Assembly: GCA_051005355.1 (NCBI GenBank)
Contig: JBPCJL010000105.1
Location: 1-60,046 of the forward strand
DNA: 60,046 nucleotides
Direction of reading: 5' to 3'
DNA from: Ilumatobacteraceae bacterium
GTDB taxonomy: Bacteria; Actinomycetota; Acidimicrobiia; Acidimicrobiales; Ilumatobacteraceae
The translations under genes and the position numbers were made by a program. Below the pieces are notes generated by a model. It saw only the letters and a list, made by a program, of their open reading frames with translations, was not told where the DNA came from and did not search any database. Below, one piece after another: positions 56,923-60,046 of this stretch (position 1 is the first letter of the stretch; each line of letters begins with the position of its first letter).

Positions 56923-58296
56923 ATGGCTACATCGGTTGACATGCGGACGAAGATCCTGCTCGACGAATCGCAGATCCCGACGCAGTGGTACAACGTCATC
57001 CCCGACCTGCCCTCGCCGCCCCCGCCGCCGCTGCACCCGGGCACCCACCAGCCTGTCGGTCCGGATGACCTGGCGCCGCTGTTCCCGATGGCCCTCATCG
57101 AGCAGGAGGTGACCGGCGCCAGCTACGTCGACATCCCGGGCGGCGTGATCGACGTCTACCGGCTGTGGCGGCCCTCGCCGCTGTTCCGCGCCCACCGCCT
57201 CGAGCGGCTCCTCGACACCCCGGCGAAGATCTTCTACAAGTACGAGGGCGTCAGCCCGGCCGGTTCGCACAAGCCGAACACGGCCGTGCCCCAGGCCTTC
57301 TACAACCACGAGGAGGGCATCCGCCGCTTGACCACCGAGACCGGCGCCGGCCAGTGGGGCAGCGCCCTGGCCTTCGCCACCGCCCAGTACGACATGGACT
57401 GCGAGATCTGGCAGGTCGCTGCGTCCTACCGGTCCAAGCCCCACCGCAAGACGATGATGGAGGTCTGGGGCGCCACGCTGCACAGCAGCCCGTCGGCGCT
57501 CACCGAGTACGGCCGCGGCCTGCTGGCCGAGTGGCCCGATCACCCCGGCAGCCTCGGCATCGCCATCTCCGAAGCGGTGGCCATGGCCGCTGCCGACCCG
57601 GGCACCCGCTACTCCCTCGGCAGCGTGCTCAACCACGTCCTGCTGCACCAGACCGTGATCGGCGAGGAGGCGCTGCTCCAGCTGGCCGAGGTCGGCGAGA
57701 CACCCGACCTCCTCGTCGGCTGCACCGGCGGCGGGTCGAACTTCGGCGGCCTCGCCTTCCCGTTCCTGCGCGAGAAGCTGGCCGGGCGGATGGACCCGAC
57801 GATCCGTTGCGTCGAGCCCGCCGCCTGCCCCAGCCTGACGAAGGGCGAGTACCGCTACGACTTCGGCGACACGGCCGGAATGACGCCGCTGCTCAAGATG
57901 CACACGCTCGGCCACGGGTTCATCCCCGAGCCGATCCACGCCGGCGGGCTGCGCTACCACGGCATGGCCCCGCTCGTGTCGCACATCTACGAGCTCGGCC
58001 TCGTCGAGGCCGTCGCCATCCCGCAGCGCGAGTGCTTCGCCGGTGCGCTGCAGTTCGCCAGGACCGAAGGGATCGTCCCTGCGCCCGAGCCGACACACGC
58101 CATCGCGGCGGCGATCCGCGAGGCGCTGGCCTGCAAGGAGGCGGGTGAGTCGAAGGTCATCCTGACCGCGCTGTGCGGCCACGGCCACCTCGACCTCGCC
58201 GCCTACGAGCAGTACCTCGCCGGCACGATGGTCGACTTCGAGCTGCCGGAGGCCGAGGTGGCGGCGGCCATGGCCGACGTCCCGGTGCTCGCGTGA
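56923..58296 (+). CDS. TrpB-like PLP-dependent enzyme (tryptophan synthase beta chain 2, TrpB2 type)
   Basis: [10 protein letters not shown] (PLP Lys), [11 protein letters not shown] (phosphate loop), GGLRYHGM. 457 aa with the TrpB2-type N-terminal extension. No trpA adjacent. Confidence 0.85.
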   Translation: MATSVDMRTKILLDESQIPTQWYNVIPDLPSPPPPPLHPGTHQPVGPDDLAPLFPMALIEQEVTGASYVDIPGGVIDVYRLWRPSPLFRAHRLERLLDTPAKIFYKYEGVSPAGSHKPNTAVPQAFYNHEEGIRRLTTETGAGQWGSALAFATAQYDMDCEIWQVAASYRSKPHRKTMMEVWGATLHSSPSALTEYGRGLLAEWPDHPGSLGIAISEAVAMAAADPGTRYSLGSVLNHVLLHQTVIGEEALLQLAEVGETPDLLVGCTGGGSNFGGLAFPFLREKLAGRMDPTIRCVEPAACPSLTKGEYRYDFGDTAGMTPLLKMHTLGHGFIPEPIHAGGLRYHGMAPLVSHIYELGLVEAVAIPQRECFAGALQFARTEGIVPAPEPTHAIAAAIREALACKEAGESKVILTALCGHGHLDLAAYEQYLAGTMVDFELPEAEVAAAMADVPVLA

Positions 58297-58409
58297 CGGG
58301 GCCGTTCGAGTGCTGACCATGCATCCGGTGCGCGGGCGCGCCTAGGGTGACGCCGGTCGGGGAGCGATCTCCGGCCTCAGCCGTGGTGGGCGGGACAAGG
58401 AGTTCACTC

Positions 58410-59525
58410 ATGTTGATGTTCCCCCGCCCGACCTCGCGCCTGCGCCGATTCGCGCTGGCCACGCTGGCGCTTGGCACCATCGGTGCGGCCACCGTGTCCT
58501 GCCGGGTCCCGCAGCGCTACGACGTCACGACCTACCAGGGCGGCCTCAACACCCCGTGGGACCTGGCCTTCCTTCCCAACGGCACGATGTTCGTCACCGA
58601 GCGCGTCGGCGACATCGGTGTCCGACTGCCCGACGGCACGTTCCGACGCTTCCCCCGCACCGACAACGTCGTTGCAGCCGGCGAGGGCGGGATGATGGGC
58701 CTGGCCATCGATCCGGGCTTCGCCAACGCCAGCACGCGTCGGATCTACACGTGCTACCTCACGACGAACGACGTGCGCGTGGTGCGCTTCAACGTGAACA
58801 GCGACCTCACGTCCCTGAGCAACCGCACCAACTTGGTCACCGGCATCCCCCGAACGTCCGGTCGTCACTCGGGCTGCCGGCTGGCCTTCGGACCCGACGG
58901 CGCGCTCTGGGTCACCACCGGTGACGCGGCGCGCTGCGAGAACCCGCAGAACCTCCAGTCGCTGGCCGGCAAGGTGCTGCGCATCGACACCAACGGCAAC
59001 GCCGTCAGCGGCAACATGACCATCGGCGGGGCACTCTCGAAGATCTACGCCTTCGGGTTCCGCAACCCGCAGGGCATCACCTTCCGGCCGAGCGACGGCA
59101 AGCCGTTCATCGTCGAGCACGGCCCCGACCGGGACGACGAGATCACGCCGCTGGCGGCCGGCGGCAACGGCGGTTGGGCGCCCGGCTGCGGTTACAACGA
59201 AGGCGTGCCGATGACCGACTACCGCCTCGGCAGCAACGTGCTGCGGCCGTTCTGGCAGTCGGGCGTGCCGACGATCGCGCCGTCCGGTGCTGACTTCGTG
59301 ACTGACGCCGACTGGGGCGACCGCGCCGGGCAGCTGGCCGTGGCGGTGCTGAAGGGCCGCCAGTTGCGGCTGTTCAACGTCACCGACGGCACGACAGACG
59401 GCGGTGGCGCGGTGGTCGAAACCGGCGAACGCTTGCGCGCTGCGGTCGAAGGACCGGACGGGCGCCTGTACGTCGCTACCGACTCCGACAACGGCCGCAT
59501 CTTCGCCGTCCAGCCGGTGCTCTGA
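58410..59525 (+). CDS. PQQ-dependent sugar dehydrogenase (soluble glucose/sorbosone dehydrogenase beta-propeller family), secreted
   Basis: ATG 58410 with acaaggag 7 nt upstream. Signal peptide RLRRFALATLALGTIGAATVSC. NTPWDLAFLPNG, GLAIDPGF, GFRNPQGITF. Confidence 0.85.
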   Translation: MLMFPRPTSRLRRFALATLALGTIGAATVSCRVPQRYDVTTYQGGLNTPWDLAFLPNGTMFVTERVGDIGVRLPDGTFRRFPRTDNVVAAGEGGMMGLAIDPGFANASTRRIYTCYLTTNDVRVVRFNVNSDLTSLSNRTNLVTGIPRTSGRHSGCRLAFGPDGALWVTTGDAARCENPQNLQSLAGKVLRIDTNGNAVSGNMTIGGALSKIYAFGFRNPQGITFRPSDGKPFIVEHGPDRDDEITPLAAGGNGGWAPGCGYNEGVPMTDYRLGSNVLRPFWQSGVPTIAPSGADFVTDADWGDRAGQLAVAVLKGRQLRLFNVTDGTTDGGGAVVETGERLRAAVEGPDGRLYVATDSDNGRIFAVQPVL

Positions 59526-59536
59526 CGTCTGACAAA

Positions 59537-59564
59537 CGGCTGACGGTGCACTGACCGTCAGCCG
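59537..59564 (+). terminator. 11-bp stem hairpin after the PQQ dehydrogenase gene
   Basis: cggctgacggt-gcactg-accgtcagccg, starting 12 nt after the stop. No U-tract. Confidence 0.4.
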
Positions 59565-59569
59565 GCGCG

Positions 59570-60046
59570 GTGCGGCAGGATCTCCGGGTGCTGCCGCACC
59601 GCGCCGACGTCGACCACCTCGGGCTCGAGCTCTTGCCGGACGCGCCCCTTGCCCGGCTGCCCGTCGTCGAACGGCTGTGCGCGCCGTTCGGGTTCCTCTA
59701 CGGCGGGACCGGGCTGGCGGCCTGTGCCGTCGCCGCTGAGGCGGTGACCGGTCGGCCGCTGGTGTGGATCACAACGCAGTACGTCGCCAACGCCTGGCCC
59801 GGCGAGGTCGTCGAGCTGGCCGTCGACGTCGTGGTGGAGGGCCGGGCCACGAGCCAGACGCACGTGCGCGGCACCGTTGGCGAGCGCACCGTCCTCCACG
59901 CCACCACCGCCCACACCGACCGCCCGATCGCCACGCCGACGTGGTGGGGCGAGCCGCCTGCGGTGGCTGGGCCGGAAGACAGCCCGCCGCTCGACGTGTC
60001 GTGGGCGCCGAGCGATCGACCGAGCTTCTTCGACCAGCTCGACCGC
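59570..60046 (+). CDS. Hotdog-fold acyl-CoA thioesterase (TesB-like), 5' part; runs off the right edge
   Basis: Not in the ORF track because there is no stop. Hand translation from GTG 59570 gives VRQDLRVLPHRADVDHLGLELL...FGFLYGGTGLAACAVAAEAVTGRPLVWITTQYVANAWPGEVVELAVDVVVEGRATSQTHVRG, which matches the first hotdog domain pattern of TesB-like proteins. Confidence 0.5.
   Translation, partial: MRQDLRVLPHRADVDHLGLELLPDAPLARLPVVERLCAPFGFLYGGTGLAACAVAAEAVTGRPLVWITTQYVANAWPGEVVELAVDVVVEGRATSQTHVRGTVGERTVLHATTAHTDRPIATPTWWGEPPAVAGPEDSPPLDVSWAPSDRPSFFDQLDR

Overview
This is a very GC-rich, gene-dense chromosomal segment; third codon positions are overwhelmingly G/C. It looks actinobacterial: GlgE/TreS-Mak/TreY/TreZ alpha-glucan genes, an ECF41 (SigJ-type) sigma factor, an LLM/F420-type oxidoreductase and Tat-lipoprotein signals. 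All calls come from reading the six-frame track and the raw sequence and recognising motifs from memory. No database search was run, and most start codons are judgement calls. I support about 55 protein-coding genes. I saw no rRNA, tRNA, CRISPR array, transposase, integrase or phage genes. The modules run as follows. (1) 1-6.8 kb: GS-like ligase plus 2OG oxygenase, a divergent PLP-enzyme/lipoprotein-hydrolase pair bracketed by ~104-bp inverted repeats, ArsR-MFS, and ung. (2) 6.9-13.7 kb: GH3 beta-glucosidase and a partial homoprotocatechuate meta-cleavage set (FAH-family, hpaE, hpaD) with a PuuD-like amidase. (3) 14-21 kb: an oxidoreductase-sigJ operon with a matching ECF41-type promoter, AlkZ-like, MOSC, thioesterase, and TetR plus a diiron oxygenase. 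(4) 21.8-40.5 kb: the most unusual part. Cupins, a HutC/GntR regulator, a DMT exporter and a PotABCD-type importer sit next to a seven-gene operon joined by six 4-nt overlaps (2x Gfo/Idh/MocA, P450, FGGY kinase, Zn-ADH, class I aldolase, SDR), plus a ROK kinase and a dre-like operator. I cannot map this set to a characterised pathway. (5) 40.8-53.4 kb: a Tet(M)/OtrA-like ribosomal protection GTPase, then glgE, a treS-mak fusion and treZ, converging on treY and an APH-like kinase. (6) 53.4-60 kb: FAS1-DUF4394 lipoprotein, hydrolase, LLM oxidoreductase, TrpB2, PQQ sugar dehydrogenase and a partial thioesterase. The non-coding structure worth attention is a family of nested-palindromic REP-like elements (3 copies), a 4 x 67-bp tandem repeat in a divergent promoter, the ~104-bp inverted repeats, and several long perfect hairpins. 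Many very long antisense ORFs in the track are GC-driven shadows and were rejected.
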